A stretch of 64,000 nucleotides of DNA, taken from a virus. The translations under genes and the position numbers were made by a program. The stretch lies in the IMG/VR virus record IMGVR_UViG_3300027280_000002, positions 47,330-111,329 of that record, one strand, 5' to 3'. This document shows positions 38,976-53,600 of the stretch, in pieces; positions within the stretch are counted from its first letter, which is position 1; the number at the start of each line of letters is the position of its first letter. Under the pieces are notes generated by a model, which made no database searches, had not been told where the DNA came from, and saw only the letters and a program-made list of their open reading frames with translations.

Positions 38976-41672
38976 ATGGCATCATACTTAGATAACATAC
39001 CTACCTTCAATGAATATAGAGAGCAACTTCCTGTGGAGGATATGCTTAAGGTTGGTCTGTTCAAACAACAACGTTATGAAGAGGGCGTACAGAAAATTCA
39101 AAAAAGCATAGATAATATTGCTGGACTGGATGTAGTAAGAGACGTAGATAAAAAGTATCTACAATCCAAACTAAACTCTCTTGGAGGACAATTACAAAGT
39201 GTAGCAGCTTCGGATTTTTCAAACTTTCAACTTGTTAATACTGTAGACGGTATGACAAACCAATTAGTTAAAGATCCTAACATACTAAATGCTGTAGGGT
39301 CCGCAGCTAAATATAGAAAGCAACTAGAGAATCAAGAAAAGATTAACCTAGATGGCAAAGGTTCAGAATCAAATGACTGGAACTTTAATAAGAGTGTACA
39401 ACAATGGTATGAGGGAGGCATAGATGCTTCTTTTAATACACAGTTTAAACCTTATGTTAATTTCAATGAACAAGCTATGAAAATAGTTAAAGCTCTTGCT
39501 TCTGATAGCATTGAGGGAGATGTTTACATGGAGAAAGATAAGAATGGAAGAACAGTAATATACAATGTACTTACAAGAGAAAAAGTAGAAGGCATATCTG
39601 CTGATAAAATACAAACTGCATTAATGGCTGGACTTACTCCAGATGCATTTAATCAAATGAACATTGATGGACAATACCAATATTCAAATGTTTCTGATGA
39701 TCAATTTGTAAATGATATTAATGAAAGTTATTCTAATACTTTTAATGCACTTTTAAAAGAAAGAAATTCTTTAGAAAGCATAATGAACGATGCATCTACT
39801 GCTTCAGAAAAGATTAGAATTCAAAATCAGATAGACCAATTAGATTCTCAAACAAATCTTTTAAAGAATGAGTATGAAAATGTATCAGGTTCATTTACTG
39901 AAGGAGATGTAGAGAGTTCAAAAGCTAGGCTATATTCTACTAACTGGATGAGAGATTTTTCTAATTCTATGTCAAGTAAAAATGTTTCGCAAACTGTTCA
40001 TAGTAATCCAGCAAGAGCAGATCAGTTAAAGGTACTACAAATGCAACAGGATGCTGCTCAGTTTAATGCTAAATATTTACAGACTGAAAAAAATAATAAA
40101 ATCAGAAATGCAATAGAAGAACGAAAAGCAGAAGTATTAGAAAAAGCAAATCAAGAAGGTTACGGTGGTGTTCCAATGCCAGGTGGAGAAGAAGAAGATG
40201 ATGTGGATGTTGTGGCTTACGCAGAACTTGATAAAGATAACAGTGAAGCTTTACGTGATCAGTACAAAGAAAAATACATGAAGACTCATGGAAAAAGTAA
40301 AGAGGAACTTGAAGACCTGTTGGCTAATTTCAAAAAAAGTCAAGGATCTGCTGTAGCCTCTGATCTTCATTCAGCACTTTCTGAAATAGTTAAGTTAGAG
40401 GAAGATTATACTCGTAAGGATGAAGTTATTACTAAGCTTCGTAAAGAGTCTTTATTACTATTTCCTACTCCTGTAGAGCTTGAAAGATTAAATAAAACAA
40501 TTACAGTAAATTTTGATGATACATCAAATGGTCAAGTAATACCTAGTACTCTTTCTATAGATTATAACTCAATGGATGTCATGTTTGAGAAGTTTCAAAA
40601 ATATGTATATTCTGACACAGATGGTGATGACATGCCTTTACCAGATAGTATAAATCAAAGAAGTATTGATAGAGCTCAAAGTGAATTAAGTGGTGAGGAA
40701 TTAGCAGTGTTCAATCAAATTTTTGTTCCTGGATACGACAGAGGAGCTCTTTATGGAGTTAGCAGCAGTAGTGGTTCAGACGTATATGATGACTGGGCTA
40801 ATTCACGTAAACCAAGAGCAGCTATGAAAGATAATCTTGATGAAGATAGAAACAAATATCTGGCTGATGAACTTAGACTTACTAGCATAGTTCCTCAATC
40901 AGTATCTTATAACATTCCACTAGAAGATAGTAAACAACAAAGAATTTTTGCAGGTACACTAGAAGGTTTAGCAAATGAGATTCAGAGTTTAGATGAAGAC
41001 AAGGCTGAAAACATAAGAAGGATTAGCAGTAAGCTTGTAAGTTCAAATATTATAACTAAAGGAATTGGAGATAACTATAGAGTAACTATAACTGGTTCTA
41101 CTGGATCTGGGAATTCTGTTGAAACTGAAACTATAGATATGACACCTGAGTTGTATTCAACTGTGTTTGGTGAGACATATGAACCCAGTCCTTCTATTGA
41201 ATATTTTAATAATAACTATCTTCCTTCTATGTTAGATACAAGACCAGACCTAGAAGAAGTTACAATTATTAATAGTGCAGGTAATAATGAAACTATTTAT
41301 ACAAGACCAGAACAAGACTTTTGGTCTACTTCTACAAACATGTCATACAATACTACACCGGCTACTGCTGGATTAAAAGGTAGAAGAGATTTTCCTAATA
41401 CAATATACTTTGGAGTTACTGGAGATTTGGTAACTAAGAGAAATCCTAAAGACCCTAATAGTGTTTATTATTTAAAATTAAATATAACCAATCCTATAAC
41501 TGGGGAGGTGACTTCAAACATTACACTTGATGTACCTTTTGTAAAAGAGAAAGTAGCAACAACATTACAAAAAATAAGCGATTCAGATATATATGAAATA
41601 CTAAATGGTAGAGGTGCTACTATGACAGACGAATATATTGCTAATCTCAAAAAGGCTGCTGAAAGCAACTAA
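38976..41672 (+). CDS. Ejected cargo protein (helical)
   Basis: 898 aa, no Cys, N-terminus resembling the crAss pre-RNAP cargo gene; synteny. Confidence 0.6.
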   Translation: MASYLDNIPTFNEYREQLPVEDMLKVGLFKQQRYEEGVQKIQKSIDNIAGLDVVRDVDKKYLQSKLNSLGGQLQSVAASDFSNFQLVNTVDGMTNQLVKDPNILNAVGSAAKYRKQLENQEKINLDGKGSESNDWNFNKSVQQWYEGGIDASFNTQFKPYVNFNEQAMKIVKALASDSIEGDVYMEKDKNGRTVIYNVLTREKVEGISADKIQTALMAGLTPDAFNQMNIDGQYQYSNVSDDQFVNDINESYSNTFNALLKERNSLESIMNDASTASEKIRIQNQIDQLDSQTNLLKNEYENVSGSFTEGDVESSKARLYSTNWMRDFSNSMSSKNVSQTVHSNPARADQLKVLQMQQDAAQFNAKYLQTEKNNKIRNAIEERKAEVLEKANQEGYGGVPMPGGEEEDDVDVVAYAELDKDNSEALRDQYKEKYMKTHGKSKEELEDLLANFKKSQGSAVASDLHSALSEIVKLEEDYTRKDEVITKLRKESLLLFPTPVELERLNKTITVNFDDTSNGQVIPSTLSIDYNSMDVMFEKFQKYVYSDTDGDDMPLPDSINQRSIDRAQSELSGEELAVFNQIFVPGYDRGALYGVSSSSGSDVYDDWANSRKPRAAMKDNLDEDRNKYLADELRLTSIVPQSVSYNIPLEDSKQQRIFAGTLEGLANEIQSLDEDKAENIRRISSKLVSSNIITKGIGDNYRVTITGSTGSGNSVETETIDMTPELYSTVFGETYEPSPSIEYFNNNYLPSMLDTRPDLEEVTIINSAGNNETIYTRPEQDFWSTSTNMSYNTTPATAGLKGRRDFPNTIYFGVTGDLVTKRNPKDPNSVYYLKLNITNPITGEVTSNITLDVPFVKEKVATTLQKISDSDIYEILNGRGATMTDEYIANLKKAAESN

Positions 41673-41682
41673 CAAAAACAAC

Positions 41683-44600
41683 ATGGCAAAAGATATAAAA
41701 AAAGCACAGACAGGTATAAACATACCTCCTATGGCAAATGTTCCTAGTCCTACTAGTTCAAACCAATCTTTTATGCAAGAAAGATTTGGTGGATATAGAG
41801 AACCAGGAAATCCAAGACCCATGCCTAATATATCTACACGTCCCAACTTAGGGGTTGTTAAACCTAATAACGGTAATCAACCAAGTGGACTAGACTTGCT
41901 TTTAAGAGATGCTAGCACAAGAGGTGACCGAGGTAAGGGAGATAGGATAACTACTGCAGATGAATATGAAGGAGCCGATAGATACGATTATTTTCAACCT
42001 TCGTCAATGGGAGTTGACAATGAAGACATGGCTGGACAATATCAATCTTTGGGCAGTAAAGCTGTAAACGGTGTAACTAAAGGACTTATTCTTGCAGGTA
42101 CAACATTTATACAAGGTACAGCAGGACTTGTTAATGGCGTGTATCAAGCAATAAATGATGGTAAGTTTTCGTCTTTCTATGATAATGAATTTAATAGAGG
42201 GTTAGATGGAATTAACAAGTGGTCTGAAGATGCTATGCCAAACTACTATACAGCAGCAGAAAGAGATGCTAATTTTTATTCTCCTAAATATTGGGCTACA
42301 GGAAATTTTGTATTTGATGGTGTAATTAAGAATCTTGGATTTGCAGCTGGTGCTTATTTAACAGGTGGTGCATACACTAATGTATTAAAAGCACTTCCAG
42401 GAACCTCTAGATTATTTTCTATGGGTAAGGCAGCAGAAACTTTAGCTGCTACAGAAAAAGGATTAAGTGCAGCAAATAAAGGAGCTGGTGTATATGGTGA
42501 AATAAAAGCTTTATCAGATAGTTTCTTAGCACAATATAATTTACTTAACCCAGCAGGAAGAGCTGTGGTAGCAGGATTATCAACAACTGGTGAAGCAGGT
42601 ATTGAGGCGCTACATAACAGTAATGAGTTTAGACAAGAACTTATAGATGAATTTAAAAAAGAGTATGGTGTAGTTCCTGGTGCTGAACAAATGGATAATA
42701 TTAATGCAGCTGTAGAAGGAGCAGGTAACGCTTCTTTTTATGCTAATGTAGGAATACTAACTGCAAGTAATTATGTTATCTTTCCACGTATTGCACGTTC
42801 TAGTTTTAAAGCAGATAAACGAGCAATCAATGGTCTTGTAAGAGAGATAGATGATATTGCATATGAGGGAGGAAAGTATGCAGCAAAGACATCTAAGTTA
42901 CATCCTATACTACGTACTCTAAACAATATTAGACCTTACACATTTACTGTCTCAGAAGGACTAGAGGAAGTTTCACAGTATGGAAGTAGTGTAGGAACAC
43001 AAGATTATTACAATAAGCAATATAATAACGAAGCAACTAGTTGGTTAACATCTATAGGTGTAGGTTTAACTAAAGGTGTCTTTAGTGATGAGGGTGCAAA
43101 GAATGCATTGATTGGTGGATTGTCTGGTGGTATAATGACTGGACGAGGTAGGTATAGAAGAAATCAACAAAGAGCAGCAGATACAGCAGAGGCTATAGAG
43201 CTACTAAATGATTTTCAACTCTCTGACTTTACAAAAGAAAGTATATATTCTAACAATAGAGCTGGTGTTTTAGGAGAAGAGCTTGAACAAGCTGCTGAAC
43301 GTGGAGACATGTTGTCTTATAAAAACCTAGAAAGTCAATACATAATCAACTACCTTACTCCTAGAATAAAATATGGTAGATTAGACTTAGTTATGCAAGA
43401 CATAGCAGATATGAAAAAGCTGTCTTCTACTGAACAAGGATTTGCTCAACTGGTTGCAGAAGGAAAAGTTCAAGAAGGAGAAACAAAAGAAACTTTTATT
43501 GCACGTCTAGAAAACTTTAAACAAACAGCTAATGACGTAAATAGTCTATACCAATCTTTAGAGCTTAGGTATGGAGGAATTACTGAAGAAGGTGTTGATG
43601 GAAAAAGATATCGTACGTACGGACCAGCTGTAATAAATAAAATGATATACGCAGCTTCTACAGTTGCAGATACAGACAGTCGCATACCTCAACTATCAGC
43701 AGAGTTACAAGCTGCAATTCCCACTTTAAATATACAAGAGATATTACAAGATCTAATAAGTGGAGAGGTTGAAAGCTTTAATAATGCTGTTAATCAAATA
43801 CAAAACTTAGATATACTTTCTGATAAAAAAGATGTATTAGGAGAAAAGTTAAACGACGTAGCTGCTCTAGCTAAGATTAGAGAACTAATGCTACAAGAGT
43901 ATGAGCTTATAAAAACTAATCCTAAAAACTTTCAAGAGAAGCCATTACGTCAACAAGATAGTGTTAAAACATACGAGGAAATATTAGAAGATGATGCCAA
44001 TACTTTTGTAATTAAAGCTAAGAATGGAGAACAGTCATTACAAATAGGACAAGAGTATTTTGTAGGACAAGGTGTAAACTTTGAAGGGGAAACACCTCTT
44101 GATGAACCAGTAGTAATAAGTAGTTTTGTTCCAGTAGGACAGAATGAAGATGGAACTATTCAGATCAAAGATCAGTCTGGCCAGGTAAGGGATATATCAC
44201 CAGATGTTTTATTAGATTATAATGTAGGTAGAAAATCTACATTAGTTAATAACAAGACAGCTAACTTCTATTACAGGCATAGGGATAAAGTATTTGAATT
44301 TAACTTTGGTAAAAACTTTGGAGGTAAAAGAAAAGGAAGACTTATGTATGATAATGGGAAACTGTTTTTTGTATATAAAGATTCTAATGGTACTATTCTT
44401 AAAAAAGAATTAGCTAATAAGTTTTTTGCACCACAACCTGGATTTGATCAAGCAAGAATTACTCCAGTAGGAAAAGTTACTGCTGAACAACAAGATGCTG
44501 CAAATCAGTTTCTTAGTCCAGAGGAGTTAGCAAAGAATGAACAAACTCTTCAGTCAAATAGAGAGAATAGGCTTAAGATAATGAATGACTTAGGCGTAGA

Positions 44601-47600
44601 GTCTAAGAGAAGATTAGAGGAGATAAATAAACAGTTAGAGAAGGATAGAAAGAAACTAGCTATCATTAAGAAAGATCTTGAGTCTATCTATACAATGAAA
44701 GAGGGAGGTTCTAGAATAAAACTAACATATTCTAAGGCACAAAAGAATTTTACTAGAGCTATAAATAACTATACTGCTATGCAACAGGATACGCAAGATC
44801 GTATCACAGAGTTAGAAAGAGAGCAAGAAGAGCTTGATTTAAACACTTCATACTTTGAAGCATTTGAAGTAGATCTATTAGACCTACCAGGAAACACTAA
44901 AGAGTTTTTAAAAGAATTAAAAGATCAACTATCTTTACTAGAACAAAATGGTAAAGCTGTAAACAACGAAATAAAAGCTAATAACAAATTACTAGACTCT
45001 ATAAAGAAAGCTACTAAGAAGGCAGCTAAGTTACTTAAGAGTGCTTTAGAAACTACATATGTATATGATGAAGATTATGGTGATTATTTAAAAGATCTTT
45101 TAGAAAAGTCTGTGACTGGAGAAGACTTATTAAATACATGGCCTTTATTAAAACAAGAACTAGCTAACTTTAATCTTACTAACGACATACAAAAAGAAAC
45201 TAATGTTTCTGAGAGAGATGTGTTTGATGCATTAGAAAGTCGTAAAGAATTAGAAGCTACATTAGAGAGTCTAAGAAAAGAGTATGTAGCTAAGAAAGTT
45301 ATTGTAGATAGATTCCAAAGAGTAATGGATGAGTATGTTGTAGAAAAACAAAATCAAGATAAGATTGCTAATAATACTAAGTTGCTAGCAGACTTACAAC
45401 AAACTGCAAATACTGGTCCTGTAACAGATGCAGAACCAAAATCATTTGATCCTATTTCTAAAAAGTCTAATGACGTAATACCAAGAGCTAGTGTAGGTGA
45501 ACCTACAGGCCCAATACAGGATCATCAAGTTAGAGCTAATACATTTGGAGTAAACTTAAATAAGTTTGCGAATAGAAAGAATATTCGTGCTATATATTTA
45601 ACACTTAAGACCCAAGACCAAAAATTAGATGGGGTTGTACAAAGAATACTTGATAATGGTAGTCCAGAACTTATGGAAAAGTTTGGAGATTCTATTATTG
45701 TTATGGTGATGATAGATACAGCTGGTAACTTAGTAGGAGTTGATGGTCAACCTATACCTAACACTAAGAATCAACTAGACAATGCTATCTATCAAACTAT
45801 ACCTGAATCATCTCTTACAAACACTAAAGGTAGTTTGTTTAGAGTAGAGGATAGCGAAACAGCTGCAATTAAAAAACAGTTTGGTGTCTTTAGAAAAGGT
45901 ATTCTAGACAGGAATATGGTAGGTGTACCATTTAATATAGAAGCATCTTTTGGTATACCTCAATATGAACAAGACTCTAATGGAAATAATGTCTTAGGAA
46001 CTACATCTGTAGTAGAAGCAGACTTAATTAGTGAAACGGATTTATCTAAAACTAATGTAATATTTATTCCTACGACTAACAAGAATATATTTAAAGGTAC
46101 AGTTACGTACTCTCAACCTTTTGGTAGTGTATTTTTAGATCTACCTAATGGATATGTTAAGTTAAGAAATAGAAAACATACTACACAAGAAGCAGAAGCT
46201 ATATATGATTCTTTACATGCACTCTCTAAAGAGATAGTAGATTTAGATAAAGGAGCAACTAGTGATACATCAGTTCGATTATTTAACTTTTTAAAAGGTG
46301 TAACTTATTGGGGAATTCCTGTAGACACTAATGGTAATAGAAAAGCAACAGGACAAAATAGTGTGTTCTTTGAAAGAGAAATTGGTGAATCAATATCAGG
46401 AATAAATTTTACTAAGTTATCATTAAAAATGGGAGCATTTCCATCAGTGGATTTTAACCCTGTTTCTATATCAAAGAATAAAGAATTTATTATTGAGACG
46501 TTGGGCCAGATGTATAATAACATCGATAACTCTAATCTAAAAAACATAGACCAGTCCTTTGAGCAAATAACAAAAATAAATGAGAACGGTACAATAGAAT
46601 CAATAACGTGGCCTAATTACCAAACCTATCTATTATCTAAAAACATACCAGGAGGAGGTACAAGACAAGATTTTCAACTTCCTTTACATACTACAATGAA
46701 ACCTGTGGTAGAAGGTAGTGATGAGGTTAACAGAAGGGGTGTATATTTTGTAAATGAAGATAGTGCTGAAGATTTTATATCCGAAGTGGTGCCACCAAAG
46801 TCAACAAGAATTCAAGTAATAAGTCCAAAAGGACCAGCTGCGCCAACACAACAAACTAGTGAGGTTAGTTTAAATAAACAATCATCTTTAAGTACTATAG
46901 TTTCTTCATGGTTACAAACAGAGGAAGGTTCTTTAGACAACCAAACTGCAGAAGAATCAGCATCTAAGTTTGCTTTAATCTACAACAGAAAAAACCCTGT
47001 AACAGGTGAAGACAATAGATCAGTAGCTGAGATTATAGAAGGCAACAAAAGCTTAACACCTGGTCAAAGAAAAGATAACGCAGGTCAAGTAGGTACAGAT
47101 CTATTTAACACAATTGCTCAAGGCATGAGTGTTAGAGAAACTATATTGAATGAAATTAAAAATCAAACTTTATCTTTAAAACCAACACCACAAACTAGTG
47201 AGGTTGAAGTTGTATTAGATAACAAACAAACTAATACCTTTACCAGTCCTAAAGGCAAAAAGATTTTGTTTAAAGCTTCTCCAAGTACTACTGCTCAAAA
47301 CTATAAGGAAAAGGGACAGATTTCAGTTATGATGAATGATGACTTGAAACAATTACTTGCAGAAAATCCTGATGCTGCAACACAAGAAAAAATAAAGAAA
47401 AGTATAAAGTATGAGATCTATAATTATATAGCACCTGAGTTAGCTAAATTAAAAGAACAGGATGCAGAGGATGAAATGCAAATGACTCCTGAGATGTTTG
47501 ATCAGATCATGGCTGCAAGAAAACAAAAAGGTAAATCATCTCCAAGTAGTGATGTGCTAAACGCTTTAAAGAATGGACGTAATAATCAGAACAATGAAGT

Positions 47601-50600
47601 TCTACGTGAGGTTGTTACTGAGTCTATAGAGGGAATGAGTGAGGAGAACTGGAAAGATGCAAGAGCATGGATGTCTAAGAATTTACCTGGTGTTAGTTTC
47701 AATAGAGTTAAGAATATAATAAAAACTAAAGATGGAAAAAAAGCATGGGGATTCTTTGAAAACAATAGTATATATGTATATGAAAATGCAGAAGTAGGTA
47801 CAGTTTACCATGAAGCATTTGAAGCTGTCTTTGCACAATTCTTATCTCCACAAGAAAAGGAAAAACTATTTAATGAATTTACATCTCGCAAAGGAACTTT
47901 TGTAGACAGACCTACAGGAAGAACAGTAAAATATTCTCAAGCTACGAGAGATGAAATGAGAGAACAGTTAGCAGAAGACTTTAGAGATTATATACAAGAC
48001 AAGAAAAAACCAGAAGGTGGTTTCTTTTCTAGAGTATTTAAACAATTAAAGGATCTTATTGAAAAATGGTTTCTTAGTCCACAGTCACAAACTTATAGTA
48101 ATGAATTGTTTGACAAGATTGATGGAGGTGGCTTTGTGTCTTTGGATTACCTTCCTCTTTTACCTTTTGGGTTATTTAATTCTTATGATACTGTTGACTT
48201 TGCAACACCAGGAACTAGTGCTGTATTTAGAGTAGAAACAGGTCTTAGTGATGTGCAAGTACATGATACGATTGAGCACATGACATATCTTACACTGAGA
48301 AATATAATTGCAAATAACGAAAGTTTATTCTCAGTACCAGAACTTAATCAAACAGAGTTATATAGTAGATTAAAAGGTGAGGTTCTTGCTTCTGTAGGAC
48401 AGGTGGCCCAACAGTATAAAGACATTCGTCCTCAGTTTGAAAAGTCAACTGGAGGTCAATTACAAGAAATAGATAATAAAATAGATGAGACTGTAGATCT
48501 AATGCAAAGAATAGATGACTCATGGACTTATCTTACTAAAAAGCATAAAGAATATATACTATCTTTTGGGATTACTTTTGATGAAGCTGATCAGTTACAA
48601 CTAGAAGAAGATAGATCTAATAAAGGGTATAATTCTGATGCTACAAAAATAGATAACTTTAAAAAGACTGGAGCAGCAGTAAAATTATTACTAGCTACTG
48701 TTCCAGTAGTTACAGTTAATGAAAATGCAGATGTAAGATTTAGTCCTAGCACTATAAACGGTGTTAAGCTTCTTCCTGTTACACAAACATTTATTACTGT
48801 TTTAGAAAATGTTTCTAATGCTACTAGCATGGAGAACATGTTAGAGAAGTTAAGGGATGTTGCTCTTAATGATCCTAATTACTTATCTTTATATAAACGT
48901 CTTAGTGGAAGAGGTGCTAATGAAGGTGCAGTTAGTCTTGACAATATTACTGAAAGACATCAGTTAACCTTACTAGCAGCATTGTTTAAAACATTTAAAA
49001 AACAAAATCCTATTGTTAAAATAGTAAATGTATTAGAGAATGGAGAAACTGTAGTTTCTGAAGCTAATTTATCTACAGCATCTCGTCAGATGTCTCAACA
49101 GTATCTAAACTCTATTGTTACTACATCTAAGAGAGGTAATGGAATATTTAAGCAAGTGGGTGGAGTATTTAATCCAGACACTAAAAAGTTATCTAAATAT
49201 CCTTTAAATACTTTGCAGAACATGTTTAATTTCTTAGGAGGATTAGGCATACCTTTTAATGCAAAAGAGTACAATAATTTTGATGTAGGTCAAAAGAAAA
49301 GATTTGCATCAGCTGTTAATGGAATAAAGAAAAGTATTGAACAATCAAAAGATATTAAATTCTTTTCTACTAAATCATTAAACTTTGCTGGACAGATATT
49401 AAATTTAGCTACATTAAAAGTTATAGCTACTAACCCAGAGGTATCTAGTACATACTTTAATATAGATGGTGAGAGAGTTCAAACTTATATTGGAACTAAT
49501 GCTGCATCTGAAGTACATAACTTTATGACATCTGTAGGAAATAAGCAAGAACTAGGAGATACTCCTTATTCTTATTTATTAACTGATGTATTCGCACAAA
49601 ACTCTACTATAATAGAAAGAATATATGATGCAGAAGGTAACCTAAGAACAGATAAAGTAAATTTATTTAAGCCAGGATATGCTGGAGGAATACTCAATGG
49701 ACAAAAAGGTACTGCAAAGGGATCATCTCAGTTACAATTTCCTGATAGACTACGACAAGAATTAAATCAAAACATAAATGGTCAATATCTAAACCTTGTT
49801 CCTGGAGATTCTTCTTTAGAGCATACGTTAGAAATGGGCAATCCTATTACTGAAAGAGACATAGTAAGTGGAGGTGCAGTATTAAACACTGTAATGAAAG
49901 GTTATTTTCTTTCTGAAGTAGAATTAGCTAGAGAAAAACGTGATATAGTTGAGATAGATAATAGACAAACTTCTGACTTAAGATTCTTTAAAGAGATATT
50001 AGGAGAAGAATTGCATGAAGAGATAAGACAAAATGTTTTAGATCCTGCTTTAACAGCAGAACAAGTTTATGAACTCAGTGTAGATAAAATTATAGATGCT
50101 ACTTCTTCTTATATACAAAGAAATAAAAATCAATATGCTACTTTTTTATTAAAGTACGGAGTTATACAACAAGCTGAAAATGAGCAATCAGGAGAACTTA
50201 CAGATAGGTATACTGCATCAGGTGTAGAAGGTATGACAAATATGACTATACAAGAAATGGACAGAAAACTTCTTGTGCAGGAGATTAATTATATCATTTC
50301 TAACATAGAGATGCATAAAATACTATATGGAGATCCTTATGGATATAAAGATGAACTTAAACGTATTAAAAGTTTCTTATCTCCTAGACAAGCTATAGTT
50401 AACAACTCTCCACAATGGAACAATAGAGCAAATGAAATATGGAATAGAGGATTAGAAATAGATACTGTAGGTTATACTAAGTTTACTAGAGATTACTTTC
50501 GAACTGTAACAGGAGGAGATGTAAAAGGAGTAATAGATATACCTAATTATAAAGCATATACAGAGACTGATGGTGGAGGAATAATTTCTATAAAAGCTTA

Positions 50601-53600
50601 TCGTAACTTTAGAATTAGAACTGCAGACTGGAATGATGCACAAGAGAGTCAATATAGATATGATATAGCTTGGTACAAAAGACACAAGAGTTTACCACTT
50701 TCAAAATCAGAAAAAGATCTTTTAAAAGAAGGTAACCCTCAAGTACAGAGTACATACGTAACTCTTAAACCTATTGTTTCTGGTGCTAAACTAGATAAAG
50801 ACGGTAGTGTATCTGCTAATAATAATGTAGTGCTAGATAAATATGCATTATATCCTCTTTCATACAGAGTGATGCATGAAATAAATCCTACATCTAATAC
50901 TCTTAAGTTATATGATAAGATGCAAAAAGAAGATATAGATTATCTGGTCTTTGAGTCTGGTAGAAAAGTAGGAGCAGAAGGTATACATGATACATATAAT
51001 GATGATGGTGAGTTTAATAATGCAGAATATGAAAGTGTTATAAATATACCGTTTAATATTATAAGTCTGCAATCAGAAGTACCTTCTAAGGAAGATGGAA
51101 GAGTAACACGTGCAAGTCAAATTACTAAACTTATAACTCTAGATTACTTAGATAATGGTATGCCTATAGATTATAAAGGTGCACTTGATCAGTGGTTAAC
51201 TTTAACTGAAGAACAAAAACAAAAAGCATCAGTTATATATGCAGAGATTCAGAATAACACAAAGCTCTTAGATGAGATGACCAAGGAAGGTCTTAATGTT
51301 ATGATGAAAAAACTTGGTATTACCAGAGTAGGTAACGCATATAAAGTTACTGATTTGGCTCCAGCTGCTAAAACATTACGTGAGGAATTATTTAAAAGAG
51401 AGACTAATGATAATATAAGTGATGCTCTAGATGGATTTTTAATGGGAGATGCAGTTCTAGAAGCTACCCAATCATATAATCAGATTAGAAATATATTATA
51501 TTCTATAGTACAGAAAAGTATTGTACGTCCTAAGATAAACGGTGGACAGAAAGTGCAGATACCTTCAGCATTATTTGAGTCTACTCGTACAAAAAAAACC
51601 ACTATTAATGGTAAGATAGGTTATACTTCTGAGGTACTTAAGTTTTACAATAACTCAAAGGGAGAAAACGTAATGGAAGTTATGGTGGGTCGTTGGTTTG
51701 GTAGTAGCTTATCTGATGAGGCACTTCTAGAATACCTAAACAATACTGAGGAAGGTCAAAAGATATTACGTGGTGTAGCTTTCCGTATACCTACACAGAA
51801 ACAAAACTCTATTGATGCTATAAAGATAAAGCAATTCTTACCAAAAGAATTTGGGGATAATGTTGTTGTACCTGCTGCTCTAGTAGAGAAGGTGGGATCG
51901 GATTTTGATATTGATAAACTTTTCATGTATCTTAAAAATGTAACATACATTAATAATGAGTTACAGTTAATTCCATTTTATGGATATGGTGAACAATCCA
52001 AGAAAAGATTTGGAGAGTTATTTGATGCAGGTTCACTTCTTAATAAAGCTCAGCAAAAAGAATTACAAGCTCAAATAGATTTGTTTGAATCTGGAGAACT
52101 TGAAGGTGATTTAATTGAAGCTATATTTGGAGAAACCTTTGACAATCAGGATGTTATTGATGATTACATATTAGAACTTAAAGACAAAGGTATACGTCAG
52201 ACTGTAATAGATAGAATGTATATGAGATCTTTAGAGAATGAATTTATTCAGTCTACAGAGAATCTTATAACCTTTCCAGAAAACTATGAAAGATTAACTG
52301 TTCCAAATGACGCTAGTCAATTAGAAGAATTATCTAAAGAGATTGTAGACAAGACAAAAGAATCAGCATTTAACTATCGTAACGTTGGTAACTTACTAAA
52401 TAGAAGATTTATGGCTAGGTTACGTAATGCTTTTGTACAAGGTAAAAGAGGTATTGGTATTGCTGCAGTGAATCAAACTAACTTAGCACTTAACCAACAT
52501 TCTCCAGTATTTGTAGAACTAAATAGTATAAAGTTTAGAAGAAAAAATACTGTAAACATACCTGATAACGGTGAGATGATAAGTCTTTCTGGTGTCAAAA
52601 ATAAAGCTGAAGATTATATATCAGACATAAATGGACAAGTGATAGATGGCATGGTAGATATATCAGCAGGTCCATGGATTATAGAGTTAGGAATTACACC
52701 TGCTACAGCTTCTACATGGTTGTACTTAATTAAGGCTGGTGTACCAATAGATTCTGTAGCATACTTTATGAACCAACCTATCATTATTGACTATTTAAAC
52801 AAGATAGAAGAGAGTGGTTATACATGGTTATTTATAGAGGACTTTGCTAATGAGCTTAAAGAAAATAAATATGACAGCCCAAGTAACTTAACATCTGCTG
52901 AAAAACAACTTCTTCCTGATTCAAATGCATTACGTTCACAACTTGGTAAGACTACCTTTAGTAATAAAGATGCTGCATATCAAAGACTTATATTAGATGA
53001 GTTTTTAAACTACGCAAAGCAAGCTCAAGATCTATTTGAAGTAACACAAGGTACGAATTGGGATACCTCTACATTTAATGACCCTCTACTCATCTTTAAA
53101 AAAGAAGAACAATATTTAAATGCATTACAGAAACCCATATTTAGTTATGTAGATGGAAAAGTAATTCCAGCTGCTGAAGCTTTAGTACAAACCACTTTCT
53201 TAAAAGAAACTATATTGTCTCTTACACAAGCAAGAAATGGCATAGCTAACTTTCTTACATCAGATCAAGACAGGAGTAGAACAATCTTGCAAAAGGTTTT
53301 ACGTCCATACATTAATAGATCAGATAGAGATTTTATTAAAATTAGTAGAGCTGCAACAAATAGTTTCTTTGATTATGCAGTTCAGACAGATCAAAATTTA
53401 AACATGTTTCTAAAGTCTTTACTGATAGACAAAGATGGAATAGCTTTTCAAGTAGACAAGTTTGTCGAAGATGTATTAGGAAACCCTAACCATCCTTTAT
53501 ATGAAAACCAAGTAGTGCGACTATTGGAAAGTGATCCTAATAAACGTGTTGGGGATGTTGCTAATAATATAAAGTTAAGAAACAATGATAGAAAAGTTTA

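Noticed and set aside
9258-41682. Track starts at 9258, 20730, 23694 and 41638
   Set aside because: They overlap a terminator or the upstream gene; ATGs at 9303, 20772, 23739 and 41683 follow A-rich leaders.
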